Translations under genes and position numbers: made by a program
In this document: in pieces, positions 27,736-36,446 of the stretch
How positions within the stretch are numbered: the first letter of the stretch is position 1
Layout: each line of letters opens with the position of its first letter
Assembly: GCA_002422165.1 (NCBI GenBank)
Contig: DITQ01000001.1
Location: 7,919 to 71,918 of the forward strand
Length of the DNA: 64,000 nucleotides
Source of the DNA: Candidatus Pacebacteria bacterium UBA6180
GTDB taxonomy: Bacteria > Patescibacteriota > Microgenomatia > UBA1400 > PJMF01
Direction of reading: 5' to 3'
Notes under the pieces: generated by a model
Database searches by the model: none
Told to the model about the DNA's origin: nothing
What the model saw: only the letters and a program-made list of their open reading frames with translations

Positions 27736-30294
27736 ATGATGTTTTTGGGTAAGAGAAAATTGTTTTTTGTTGTGTTTTTTGCCCTGTTTTTGTCGCCCTC
27801 ATCCGTCTTCGCAGCTCTTCCTGGAGCACGGTCAGCGACAATTTCCGGCGATGTTTTTTTGGGCGGCGATTACATTGAGCTTGGCATCAGCCAGTACGGT
27901 TCTTTTGGGACAGCTCAAAACAAGCCAGCTGGTTTTTTTGGCACTGCTGCTCGCAACACGGTCGGCATGAGTTCTGATCTGGATGGCTTTGACACTGGCA
28001 CTGATTGGCGCATAGATTTTTTTATGCCTGGTTCACCTGAGGAGCGCTGGAGCGTGGGTTATAAAATTGGCGGTTCTCCGACTGTAGCTGCTAACGCTCG
28101 AGCAGCAGGAGTAACTGGCATTGCTGATACGACAACTACCAACGAAAGTGAAGGTAATTTGCTGAAGGCAACTAGCGTCGGCACCCTCAATTCAAATTTA
28201 CGCATCAGCCAAACCTTTAGTTTCAACAGTGGTGATAAATTTTTCAAAACAGTAGTGCTTTTGGAAAATATTAGCGCAGATACTACTCTCGACAGCGTGC
28301 GTTTTATGCGTTCTTTTGACCCCGACAATACTGTTGATAAGGGCGGCAGTTACACGACTCATAATAGCATTGTTTACACCCATTTAGCAGGAGACGGTAA
28401 GGCCGTAGTCCAGGCTGATACTTCCAATAATAATTCTGATCCTGTTTATACAGGTACTGGCGGAGCCAGTGGCGGCACGCGTGCGCCAATTTTTTTCTAC
28501 AGTAGCGACGAGCGCGCCAGAGTCAACTATCACTCTGGTCTTAATCCTGGCGATGTCTATACGCCGAATGTTTATAATACAGTGAACGTTAAAGGAGCAT
28601 CACAGAATCAAGATGGAGCGATTTCTATTGCTTTCGATGTGGGCACTCTCACTCCAGGACAAACAGCCACAGTTACCTATTACACTAGTCTAGATGAGCG
28701 CGATTTCAGTGAAGTGGAGCAAGAAATTCAGGAGGATGAGGCAGCGAGCGCCCCAGTGCAGGGAGAATCAACCACTCAGACAGCTACTAACAGCGCAACC
28801 ATTTCCTGGACAACTGATATCGTTGCTTCTTCGCAAATCGAATATGGCCTAGTGCCAGAATATGGTTTTACTACTCCAGAAATTAACACCGATCCTCTTG
28901 TTACTGAGCATGAAGTCACGATCAGTGATTTGAAGGCTTGTGCTCGCTATTTTTTCCGCACTAAATCAACCAATGTAGACAATATTTCTTCCTATTCTGA
29001 GCAAAAGACCTTTGCGACTGAGGGTTGTAGCGTATCCGAAATTGTTGCTGGTGTGGAAGACCAGATTGGTACTGATGGTGGGACGCTCAGCCTAAGTAAT
29101 GACGAGGTGGAAGTAAGCCTGATAGTTCCAGAAAACTTTCATGATCGCTCGGCTTCTTTTCAAATCAATAAACTCTACACTTACACCATAGACTTTAGCG
29201 TGCCAACTGGCAAGCAAATTTTACCCAATCAATTGTTTGATCTGATTGCCGTTGATGAGGACGGCGAACAACTAACGAGCTTCAATAGTTCAGTGACCTT
29301 TGTGGTGAGTTATGCCGATCTGCTCGATGAGACGATCGATGAGGACACCCTTGACGTCTATCGCTATGAAGATGGTGTTTGGGTGGCGCAAAATTGCACT
29401 TTGGACAAAGAAGCTAAGACTTTAACTTGTTCTTTGCCTCATTTTTCAGTTTATGCAGTTTTTGGCGACTTGTTTGCTAGCGCGACTCCAACACCCACTC
29501 CGACTTCTACTCCAACCTCGTCTCCCACGACTACTTCTAGCGCAAGCAGTGATAGCTACTGTCCTTCAACCTGGTTAGGAGTCCCTGATCTGTTCCAGAT
29601 TGATACAACTCGCGATACCGCCACGGTTTATTTTACGCCAGTAGCGGAGAGTGATGAATATTTCATTAGCTATTCGACGCAGCCTTGGGCGGAAGAACAC
29701 GGAGTTCAAGTTAAATTGAGTTCAGAGGGCGTACAGAGTTTCAAAGTCCAAGAACTTTTGCCAAAAAGCACTTATTACTTCAAAGTGCGAGCAATCAAGG
29801 GTTGTGTTTACGGAGATTGGTCAAATATTAAATCAGCAGCAACTACGACGCCGGTCAATTCTATAAGTAACTTATCTAAACAAGCAGTTGCAGTGCCGTC
29901 ACTCACTCCGACGCCCACCCCGATGATTGAAGTAGAAGAGCCAGGAGAACTACACGATTTGCTAATCAAAGTTGAAGACCAAGGAAAACCAGTCAGTGGA
30001 GTGGTGGTAGAAGTGCCCGACTTAGGTCAGGCAGTGACTGACAGTAAAGGTGAAGTGCTTTTCAAAGATGTAGCGGCTGGTAAACAAAAATTCAAGTTAG
30101 TCCGTGACGCCTACGCAGCTGAACACGAAGTGGAAGTGACTGGTCCAGAAAAAGAATTTAGTGTTCTAGTGCAACTGGAAATGAAGCAGGGGCTGCTGCC
30201 AGAATGGCTGTGGGCAGCGATTCTTTGTACCTTATTGCTCTTTTTCGCTCTATTTGTGCGCAGGAGCAATAAGAATATTTTGTATGAGAAATAA
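27736..30294 (+). CDS. Large cell-surface protein (signal peptide, FN3-like domains, HFS motif, PT linkers, C-terminal TM)
   Basis: Signal peptide; ATISWTT..SSQIEYG and TYYFKVRA FN3-like motifs; CSLPHFSVYA; TM followed by RRSNKN. Confidence 0.8.
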   Translation: MMFLGKRKLFFVVFFALFLSPSSVFAALPGARSATISGDVFLGGDYIELGISQYGSFGTAQNKPAGFFGTAARNTVGMSSDLDGFDTGTDWRIDFFMPGSPEERWSVGYKIGGSPTVAANARAAGVTGIADTTTTNESEGNLLKATSVGTLNSNLRISQTFSFNSGDKFFKTVVLLENISADTTLDSVRFMRSFDPDNTVDKGGSYTTHNSIVYTHLAGDGKAVVQADTSNNNSDPVYTGTGGASGGTRAPIFFYSSDERARVNYHSGLNPGDVYTPNVYNTVNVKGASQNQDGAISIAFDVGTLTPGQTATVTYYTSLDERDFSEVEQEIQEDEAASAPVQGESTTQTATNSATISWTTDIVASSQIEYGLVPEYGFTTPEINTDPLVTEHEVTISDLKACARYFFRTKSTNVDNISSYSEQKTFATEGCSVSEIVAGVEDQIGTDGGTLSLSNDEVEVSLIVPENFHDRSASFQINKLYTYTIDFSVPTGKQILPNQLFDLIAVDEDGEQLTSFNSSVTFVVSYADLLDETIDEDTLDVYRYEDGVWVAQNCTLDKEAKTLTCSLPHFSVYAVFGDLFASATPTPTPTSTPTSSPTTTSSASSDSYCPSTWLGVPDLFQIDTTRDTATVYFTPVAESDEYFISYSTQPWAEEHGVQVKLSSEGVQSFKVQELLPKSTYYFKVRAIKGCVYGDWSNIKSAATTTPVNSISNLSKQAVAVPSLTPTPTPMIEVEEPGELHDLLIKVEDQGKPVSGVVVEVPDLGQAVTDSKGEVLFKDVAAGKQKFKLVRDAYAAEHEVEVTGPEKEFSVLVQLEMKQGLLPEWLWAAILCTLLLFFALFVRRSNKNILYEK

Positions 30295-30661
30295 GAAAAC
30301 CTTCTTGCTACTTGGATCGTTGGGAATGCTTGTTTTAGTTTCGACTCCTTTTTTATACACCAAAATTAAAGCAAAACTAACACCAATCAACATCCAGCCT
30401 GTGACTGAAAGTGGAAAATCTGATTTACCTGCATTTACTTTGGATGACCTCGCGAAACATAATGACGTAGTTGATTGCTGGTTATTAATTAACCAAAATA
30501 TTTATGACGTTACTGAGTATATTCCCATGCATCCCAACAACGACATCGTTGCTGGTTGTGGTCTTGATGCTACCGATATGTTTCAGGGAGAGAGGAAACA
30601 CAGAGGCGAAGCGGCAAATATTTTAGATGATTATCTGATTGGTTATTTAGATTTGAAGTAA
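30284..30661 (+). CDS. Membrane-anchored cytochrome b5-like heme/steroid-binding protein
   Basis: FTLDDLAKHN..DCWL...IYDVTEY..HP...GCGLDAT.F...H...YLIG. Confidence 0.88.
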   Translation: MRNKKTFLLLGSLGMLVLVSTPFLYTKIKAKLTPINIQPVTESGKSDLPAFTLDDLAKHNDVVDCWLLINQNIYDVTEYIPMHPNNDIVAGCGLDATDMFQGERKHRGEAANILDDYLIGYLDLK

Positions 30662-30687
30662 TTTTACTTTGTTGATTGAAACTACTG

Positions 30688-30773
30688 TGGCGGAGGTGAC
30701 AGGACTCGAACCTGCGAAGCCTTGCGGCTCACGCTTTCCAAGCGTGTGCAATTGACCACTATGCGACACCTCC
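30688..30773 (-). tRNA. tRNA-Ser(GGA)
   Basis: GGAGGTG/CACCTCC acceptor stem, CACGC-TTGGAAA-GCGTG anticodon arm, long variable arm, GGTTCGAGTCC, encoded CCA. Confidence 0.96.
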
Positions 30774-30834
30774 TCGATGAATATTTCTTCTAAAGAACAT
30801 CCGAATTATAGCAGAAAAAACTTAAATTTTTTGA

Positions 30835-31578
30835 TTATCTACCTAATTGTATTGCTTGGTTGCCAGATTCTGCAAGCTTATGTTGAGCTTGTTTATATTT
30901 GTACATTTCGACATCAGCTTGATGTTTGAGTTCGCTAAAATTTGGACGATCACTTTGATTTTTGGCCGCTTTATAGGTCACCACTCCATAATCTAGACCA
31001 ATAGAAACTTCAATATCTTGTCCTTTATGATTTATAATTGAGTGAATTACTAAACTTTTCAATTTCTCTTTGATTTTATTAATAAATGTGTCAAAATCAG
31101 CAGTTTCTTGATATTGGCAAACTAAAACAAATTCATCACCACCAGCTCTAAATAAGATATCTTCTCCATGGACAGTTCTGAAATTAGCATTGATTTGATC
31201 TACAAATTCTTGAAGAATTTTGTCTCCTTCTTTATGACCGTAAGCATCGTTGATTGGTTTGAAATATCGAAAGTCAATGAAAACAAGTGCTCCATCATGT
31301 CTAGGAACAAATTCGTTTAGAAATTTATCTAAGGCTTTAGCATTTTGACAGCCAAACCTGTCTTTCATATCACTTTCCTTCAGTAGCAGATTGCCCTCCA
31401 TCAAATTTATAATTTTTTCTCTAATTTTATTGGCAGCCATGATTACAGGAATTTCTTCCCCATCTTCACTTGTAACTTGTGGCGGGCTAATTTCTCTCCA
31501 TCTAGGATTTAAACCGCCCTTCTTGGTGGCATTTCGATCTGGAAAGGTGGAGCTTTGATCTTTGACGATATCAATCAT
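30835..31578 (-). CDS. Diguanylate cyclase (stand-alone GGDEF)
   Basis: FKPINDAYGHKEGD, RAGGDEF, ADVEMY.YK. Confidence 0.9.
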   Translation of the reverse strand: MIDIVKDQSSTFPDRNATKKGGLNPRWREISPPQVTSEDGEEIPVIMAANKIREKIINLMEGNLLLKESDMKDRFGCQNAKALDKFLNEFVPRHDGALVFIDFRYFKPINDAYGHKEGDKILQEFVDQINANFRTVHGEDILFRAGGDEFVLVCQYQETADFDTFINKIKEKLKSLVIHSIINHKGQDIEVSIGLDYGVVTYKAAKNQSDRPNFSELKHQADVEMYKYKQAQHKLAESGNQAIQLGR

Positions 31579-31641
31579 ATGATTCTTTTATTCTAACATT
31601 ATTTTACTCTTTGCTGCAGCAACGAAGCAGTCCAATACTGC

Positions 31642-31670
31642 AAAAAACGCCGCGATTGCTCGCGGCGTTT
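31642..31670 (-). terminator. Intrinsic terminator of the RRM gene
   Basis: AAAAAA-CGCCGCGA-TTGC-TCGCGGCG-TTT. Confidence 0.8.
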
Positions 31671-31689
31671 CCAATTTCGATCTGAGCGT

Positions 31690-32049
31690 TTAGTAACGGC
31701 GATCTCTATTTTGTGGTCTACCTCCACCGAAAGAGCGATTGTTATCTCTACGAGGGAAACGATCATTTCTTTCTTCACGAGGACGAGCGACGTTGACGAC
31801 CAACTCACGCTCTTCTACCACGTAGCCGTTTCTACCGGCAACGGCTGCGGAAGCAGCAGTTTCGTCGGCAAATTCTACAAAAGCGAAACCCTTAGAACGG
31901 CCGGTCATTCTGTCAGTGATTAAGCTGACCTGGGTGATTTCGCCAAATTCGGAAAACAAATCCTGAATACCATCCTGGGTCATGCTCCAAGGCAAGTTAC
32001 CCACGAAGAGTTTCTTTTTGTTTTCCATGTTGTCATTGTGATCTGACAT
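31690..32049 (-). CDS. RRM RNA-binding protein
   Basis: KLFVGNL (RNP2), RSKGFAFVEF (RNP1), VNVARPRE. Confidence 0.95.
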   Translation of the reverse strand: MSDHNDNMENKKKLFVGNLPWSMTQDGIQDLFSEFGEITQVSLITDRMTGRSKGFAFVEFADETAASAAVAGRNGYVVEERELVVNVARPREERNDRFPRRDNNRSFGGGRPQNRDRRY

Positions 32050-32160
32050 AAATGAAATCTTCTTTCTCGGGCAAATAAAAGCCCAAGACAATTAATACTG
32101 GTTGATATTATAAACTCCGTATCACTAATTAGATAGTGGCTAAATTGGAATTGCCCATAA

Positions 32161-32400
32161 CTAGATAACTTGGTAGCCAGCCCCCTGAATCGCGCTTTTT
32201 AGAGCTTGCAAGTTGGTTTTTTGAGGGTCGAAGCGGACGCTGGTTTCCGCTTTGGAGTAGCTAGTGCTAGCTTCATAAACTCCCTCAACTTCCTCGAGAG
32301 CATTGTCGATCGACATAGCGCAACTGCTGCAGTGTAGGCCAGATAGCTTGATGATGATTTTCTTACCTGGGATGGGCTTTTTTTTGAAGATGTTGAACAT
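32161..32400 (-). CDS. copZ: Heavy-metal-associated (CopZ-like) chaperone
   Basis: GLHCSSC, AIQGAGY. Confidence 0.88.
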   Translation of the reverse strand: MFNIFKKKPIPGKKIIIKLSGLHCSSCAMSIDNALEEVEGVYEASTSYSKAETSVRFDPQKTNLQALKSAIQGAGYQVI

Positions 32401-32417
32401 ATTTTCCTTTTAGATAT

Positions 32418-33494
32418 TTAAATAACTTCCATGACTCCCGTATACATCCCCATCGAGCAAGAAAAGGTAAACTTACCTTTTTCTTCTGGAGTGAAGGTGA
32501 ACTTTTGCTCCGAATTGGCTTTGACAATGGTGTTGATGTCAAACTCGCGAAAAACAAAGGCTTGGGCGCAGGAGTAAACATTGCCGCTAGCCAAGGTTAA
32601 CTCGACCGGCACGCCCTGCTTAACCCGAAATTGCTTTGGGTAATAGCCATTATTGCGGATATCAATCGTAACCTGCTGTATATTGCCGATTTGCTTGACG
32701 TATTGATCATTTTCAGTTTTTTGACTGAAGCGCTCGTCCGAGAAAAACCAAGCGATTTTGTTGGTCATTTTGTTGATGGTCAGGGGTGAATCAAGCACGA
32801 TCAAGACACCATTGAGGCTATAAACTGCTAGAGCTATCAAAATTGCTGCCGCAGTTTTGTTGAAAACTGCTTGCCAAACTTCGGTCAATTTAGCAGTGGC
32901 GATACCCAGGGCAGCAAAAATTGGTGTTGTCCCAAGCACAAAGGCACCCATGATCAAAGCGCCTTGAACAGGGCTACCGCTGGCTACAGCCAAGACTTCC
33001 ATGCTTTGAGTGACGCCGCAAGGGATGAAGATGCTAAATAGACCCAGCGCCATTGGTGCAAATAAAGCTTTGCTTTTAGCCTGGTCTTTGATTAATCTAC
33101 GCAAGAACCTAGGTGGTTGGAAAGCCAAATAGCGGAAAATGGGATGGACATCCAGGAAATTCATCGCCGTCGCCAACATAAACAAGGCAGTAAAGACTTG
33201 TAGGCCAAGTTGTGCTCCCAGACTCAAAGTAAAAACAGAACCAAGTCCACCGAGCAAAAAGCCCAAAATCACGTGAGAAAACAGCTTAGCACCAAGGAAC
33301 ATGCTAACCGGCAGCCAGTCGAGCTGATCAAATTGCCTCAGGCTGATTGGGGCAGTTTTTTGACGATTAGTTAGATCAGTTAACTCTTGCTTCTTCTGGT
33401 TGGCGATGATGCTGGCTAGGAGGCCGCCCTGCACCGCCGCACAAGACACCCCACCAGTTGTCAATCCAGTTAGAAAAATTGCCCACAAGTTCAT
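32418..33494 (-). CDS. DsbD_2/TauE-like membrane protein fused to a cupredoxin domain
   Basis: SCAAVQGG, FIPCGVTQ, C-terminal FSCSMGMYTG. Confidence 0.85.
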   Translation of the reverse strand: MNLWAIFLTGLTTGGVSCAAVQGGLLASIIANQKKQELTDLTNRQKTAPISLRQFDQLDWLPVSMFLGAKLFSHVILGFLLGGLGSVFTLSLGAQLGLQVFTALFMLATAMNFLDVHPIFRYLAFQPPRFLRRLIKDQAKSKALFAPMALGLFSIFIPCGVTQSMEVLAVASGSPVQGALIMGAFVLGTTPIFAALGIATAKLTEVWQAVFNKTAAAILIALAVYSLNGVLIVLDSPLTINKMTNKIAWFFSDERFSQKTENDQYVKQIGNIQQVTIDIRNNGYYPKQFRVKQGVPVELTLASGNVYSCAQAFVFREFDINTIVKANSEQKFTFTPEEKGKFTFSCSMGMYTGVMEVI

Positions 33495-35701
33495 AGTTTT
33501 TGTCCTTTGAGTCGCAGCGCGTTAGAAACCACGGTCACACTCGAGAAAGCCATTGCTAGTCCAGCCAGCATGGGATTTAATAATAAATTAAAAGACGGAT
33601 AGAGTACACCCATGGCTACGGGGATCAAAATCACGTTGTAGGCAAAGGCCCAGAAGAGATTTTGGCGAATGTTGGCGATAGTTAGCTTAGAGAGGTGAAG
33701 CGCTTGTGGCACCAGCGAAATATCACTGTGCAGTAGGGTGATGGCGGCGGCTTCTATAGCCACATCGGTGCCGCCGCCCATAGCAATCCCCACATCGGCG
33801 CTACTCAGGGCAGGTGCATCGTTGATGCCATCGCCGACCATGGCAACGACTTTGTATTTAGCTTTCATTTCTCTGATCACTGCTTCTTTTTGATCTGGCA
33901 AAACCTCAGCGATCACCTCATCGATTTCTAACTTTTTAGCGATGTTATTTGCACTCTGTTGGTTATCGCCAGTCAGTATGATGGTTTTAATACCCATGCT
34001 GTGAAGTTTTTGGATGGTGGCCAGACTGTTAGGACGCAAAGCGTCAGCGACGGCGAAGATGGCCAAGATTTCCTTTTGGTAAGCGACAAAAACCAAGCTG
34101 TAAGCTTGCTGGCGCCATTTTTTGGCCAGCTGCTGCATCGACTCATCTAGGCTGATTTTATTCTGCTCAAGTAAGGCTTGGGTGCCGATAAGGAGCTTGG
34201 CTTTTTGATAAGTGGCAGAGACACCCATACCAGGGTGACTAAGGAAATTACTCAGAGTAACAGACGTATTTTGCTCCAGATTTTTTTGTGCGAAGCTAAC
34301 TAGCGCCTTGGCCAAAGGGTGAGCAGAGAGGGTTTCTGCAGTCTGGACTAAACTTAGGATGAAATTTTGGGTTTTGTGGCCGTAAGTTTTGAACTCTTGC
34401 ACCTCTGGTCGACCGACAGTCAGGGTGCCAGTTTTGTCAAAAATCATCGCCTTGACCTGGCTACTGATTTCCAAAGCATGGGCGTCTTTAACCAAAATGC
34501 CTTGACCAGCACCCTTGTCGACGCCAACCACCAGTGAGATGGGCGTTGCTAATCCCAGAGCACAGGGGCAGGCGATGATCAGAATGTTGATCAAGCTAAT
34601 TAGGGCGATACTGCGGTCAAAATACAGCCAAGTGATGAAAGTCAGCACTGCCAAAACAAGAATAATGGGGACAAAAATTTGAGCGATGCGATCGACTAAT
34701 TTTTGAATGTTGGGCTTTGAGCCTTGAGCGTTTTTGACCAAGCGAATAATCTGGGCCAGCATGGTTTGCTGACCGACTTTTTTGGCAATGATTTCTAAAC
34801 TTCCATCTTGATTAATGGTGGCAGCAAAGACTTTATCACCAGTTTTTTTGTGGACGCTGTCACTCTCGCCAGTCAGCATGCTTTCGTCGAGACTGGCGCT
34901 GCCCTGGTCAATGATGCTGTCGACGGGAATCTTCTCACCTGGTTTGACCAGTAAGCGATCACCGACTCGCACTTGATCGATGTCAACTTCTTGCCAGCCG
35001 CCCTCGCGCCAGAGAGTAGCGGTTTTACTTTGCAGCCCAAGAAGTTTTTTGATGGCGCTGCTACTGTTTTTCTTGGCCTTAAGCTCTAAGTATTTACCGA
35101 GCAAAATGAAAGTGATGATGACCGCTGCCGTCTCGAAGTAGAGGTGGGCGTCTAAGTTGTTTTGTAGGAAAAACCCTGGCGCCAAAACGACGCTTAGCGA
35201 ATAAAAATAGGCGACAGAAGATCCTAAGGCGACCAAAGTGTCCATATTGCTGCTTTTGTTTTGCAGGGCCGACCAAGCGCCTTGGTAGAAGCGTCGTCCT
35301 GCAAAGAACTGCACTGGCGTGCTTAGGGCGAGCAAAAAGTAAGGATTCTTGAAAAATTCAGGTACAGGCAACATGCTAAAAATGACTAGCAAGCCACTCA
35401 AGACTAGACTAACCAGTAACGTTTTTTTCAATTTCTCTAGCTCCTGCTCGCGCAAATTTTCGGCCACGTCCGCTTGATCATCTTCCTGGAGAATGGCTCT
35501 ATAGCCAAGTTTCTGGATCACAGTTGCGACTTGAGTAAAATCCGCCCCCACCAGTTCGATACTAGCCTGTTCGTTGCCGTAATTGACGCTTGCTTTGCTA
35601 ATACCAGCAGTTTTACCAAGCGCGCGCTCGATATTTTGTGCACAGCTGGCACAGTGCATGCCGGCGACATGGAAGTTAAGTTGCTTGGGTTTATTTGACA
35701 T
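33491..35701 (-). CDS. copA: Cu(I)-translocating P1B-type ATPase
   Basis: GMHCASC, TGES, CPCALGLA, DKTGTLT, GDGINDAP, YN..P, MAFSS. Confidence 0.95.
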   Translation of the reverse strand: MSNKPKQLNFHVAGMHCASCAQNIERALGKTAGISKASVNYGNEQASIELVGADFTQVATVIQKLGYRAILQEDDQADVAENLREQELEKLKKTLLVSLVLSGLLVIFSMLPVPEFFKNPYFLLALSTPVQFFAGRRFYQGAWSALQNKSSNMDTLVALGSSVAYFYSLSVVLAPGFFLQNNLDAHLYFETAAVIITFILLGKYLELKAKKNSSSAIKKLLGLQSKTATLWREGGWQEVDIDQVRVGDRLLVKPGEKIPVDSIIDQGSASLDESMLTGESDSVHKKTGDKVFAATINQDGSLEIIAKKVGQQTMLAQIIRLVKNAQGSKPNIQKLVDRIAQIFVPIILVLAVLTFITWLYFDRSIALISLINILIIACPCALGLATPISLVVGVDKGAGQGILVKDAHALEISSQVKAMIFDKTGTLTVGRPEVQEFKTYGHKTQNFILSLVQTAETLSAHPLAKALVSFAQKNLEQNTSVTLSNFLSHPGMGVSATYQKAKLLIGTQALLEQNKISLDESMQQLAKKWRQQAYSLVFVAYQKEILAIFAVADALRPNSLATIQKLHSMGIKTIILTGDNQQSANNIAKKLEIDEVIAEVLPDQKEAVIREMKAKYKVVAMVGDGINDAPALSSADVGIAMGGGTDVAIEAAAITLLHSDISLVPQALHLSKLTIANIRQNLFWAFAYNVILIPVAMGVLYPSFNLLLNPMLAGLAMAFSSVTVVSNALRLKGQKL

Positions 35702-36173
35702 ATTTGCCTGGGTTAGTTTGAAATTTTTGCAAGCAGCCTGAGGCACAAAAATAATAATTTTTACCTTGATGCTTAGTGTGGTAGTTGGCAGTCTGGCTAG
35801 AAACCCGCATCTGGCAAACTGGATCGTGGGCGATGGGCAGCAAGCCCTGCATCGATTTTCTGAGTTTCTCTAGCTCTTTGTTGTCTTGGTTTTGCTCTAG
35901 CAAGAAGTCGCGAATCAGCGAGCAAGCCTTGAAAATATTTTGGTGAGCGAGTTTGTAACAAATAGTTTTGCCGTCCTTGCGACTGCTGACCAACTTAGCT
36001 TCACGCAGAATCATCAGGTGTTGACTAACGTTGGCTTGAGGCAGATCAAGCATCGCGTAAATGTCGCCAACGCAGAGCTCTTGATCTTTAAGGAGGTAGA
36101 TGATTTCTAGACGGCGTGGATGAGCGAGGGCTTTGAGGGCTTCGGCGAAGATGGTAAAAGTTTGACTATACAT
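35691..36173 (-). CDS. ArsR-family regulator fused to a YHS domain
   Basis: LKALAHPRRLEI, ELCVGD, QANVSQHL; C-terminal DPVCQM...YYFCASGC. Confidence 0.9.
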   Translation of the reverse strand: MYSQTFTIFAEALKALAHPRRLEIIYLLKDQELCVGDIYAMLDLPQANVSQHLMILREAKLVSSRKDGKTICYKLAHQNIFKACSLIRDFLLEQNQDNKELEKLRKSMQGLLPIAHDPVCQMRVSSQTANYHTKHQGKNYYFCASGCLQKFQTNPGKYVK

Positions 36174-36193
36174 ATTCGAATTTTAGAATATGT
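36170..36193. promoter_or_regulatory. Palindromic operator of the copper operon
   Basis: ACATATTC-N8-GAATATGT overlapping TAAAAT and the ATG; TTGACA lies 18 nt upstream of the -10 on the minus strand. Confidence 0.75.
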
Positions 36194-36252
36194 TTGTTGG
36201 CGTTGTCAATGCTGACTTTTGACTATTTTTTTGCTAGAATGTTTTTAGTTAC

Positions 36253-36432
36253 TTAAATCAAGAGTATGGTTAAGAGTCTGCTTCGAAAGTTGTATTTTGC
36301 TGTAAGTTTACGGATTTTGGCAAAAAGGACTTCCGAAACAGGCTCTGCGGGACCTAGCCCGACGACCCATGCAGCAACCGACCAAAGGTCATGGTACGGT
36401 GCTCCATCTAGCCCTCGAGAGAGGAAGATTAG
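36253..36432 (+). ncRNA. SAM-I (S-box) family riboswitch with large insertion
   Basis: ATCAAGAG, GGGA-CCTAG-CCC-GACGA, GCAACC...GGTGC, P4 CCTC-GAGA-GAGG, AAGAT; directly upstream of metK. Confidence 0.85.
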
Positions 36433-36446
36433 CTCAAAGGAGAAAT

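Noticed and set aside
30688-31600. Prophage or integrative element at tRNA-Ser
   Set aside because: No integrase, att duplication or phage genes seen.
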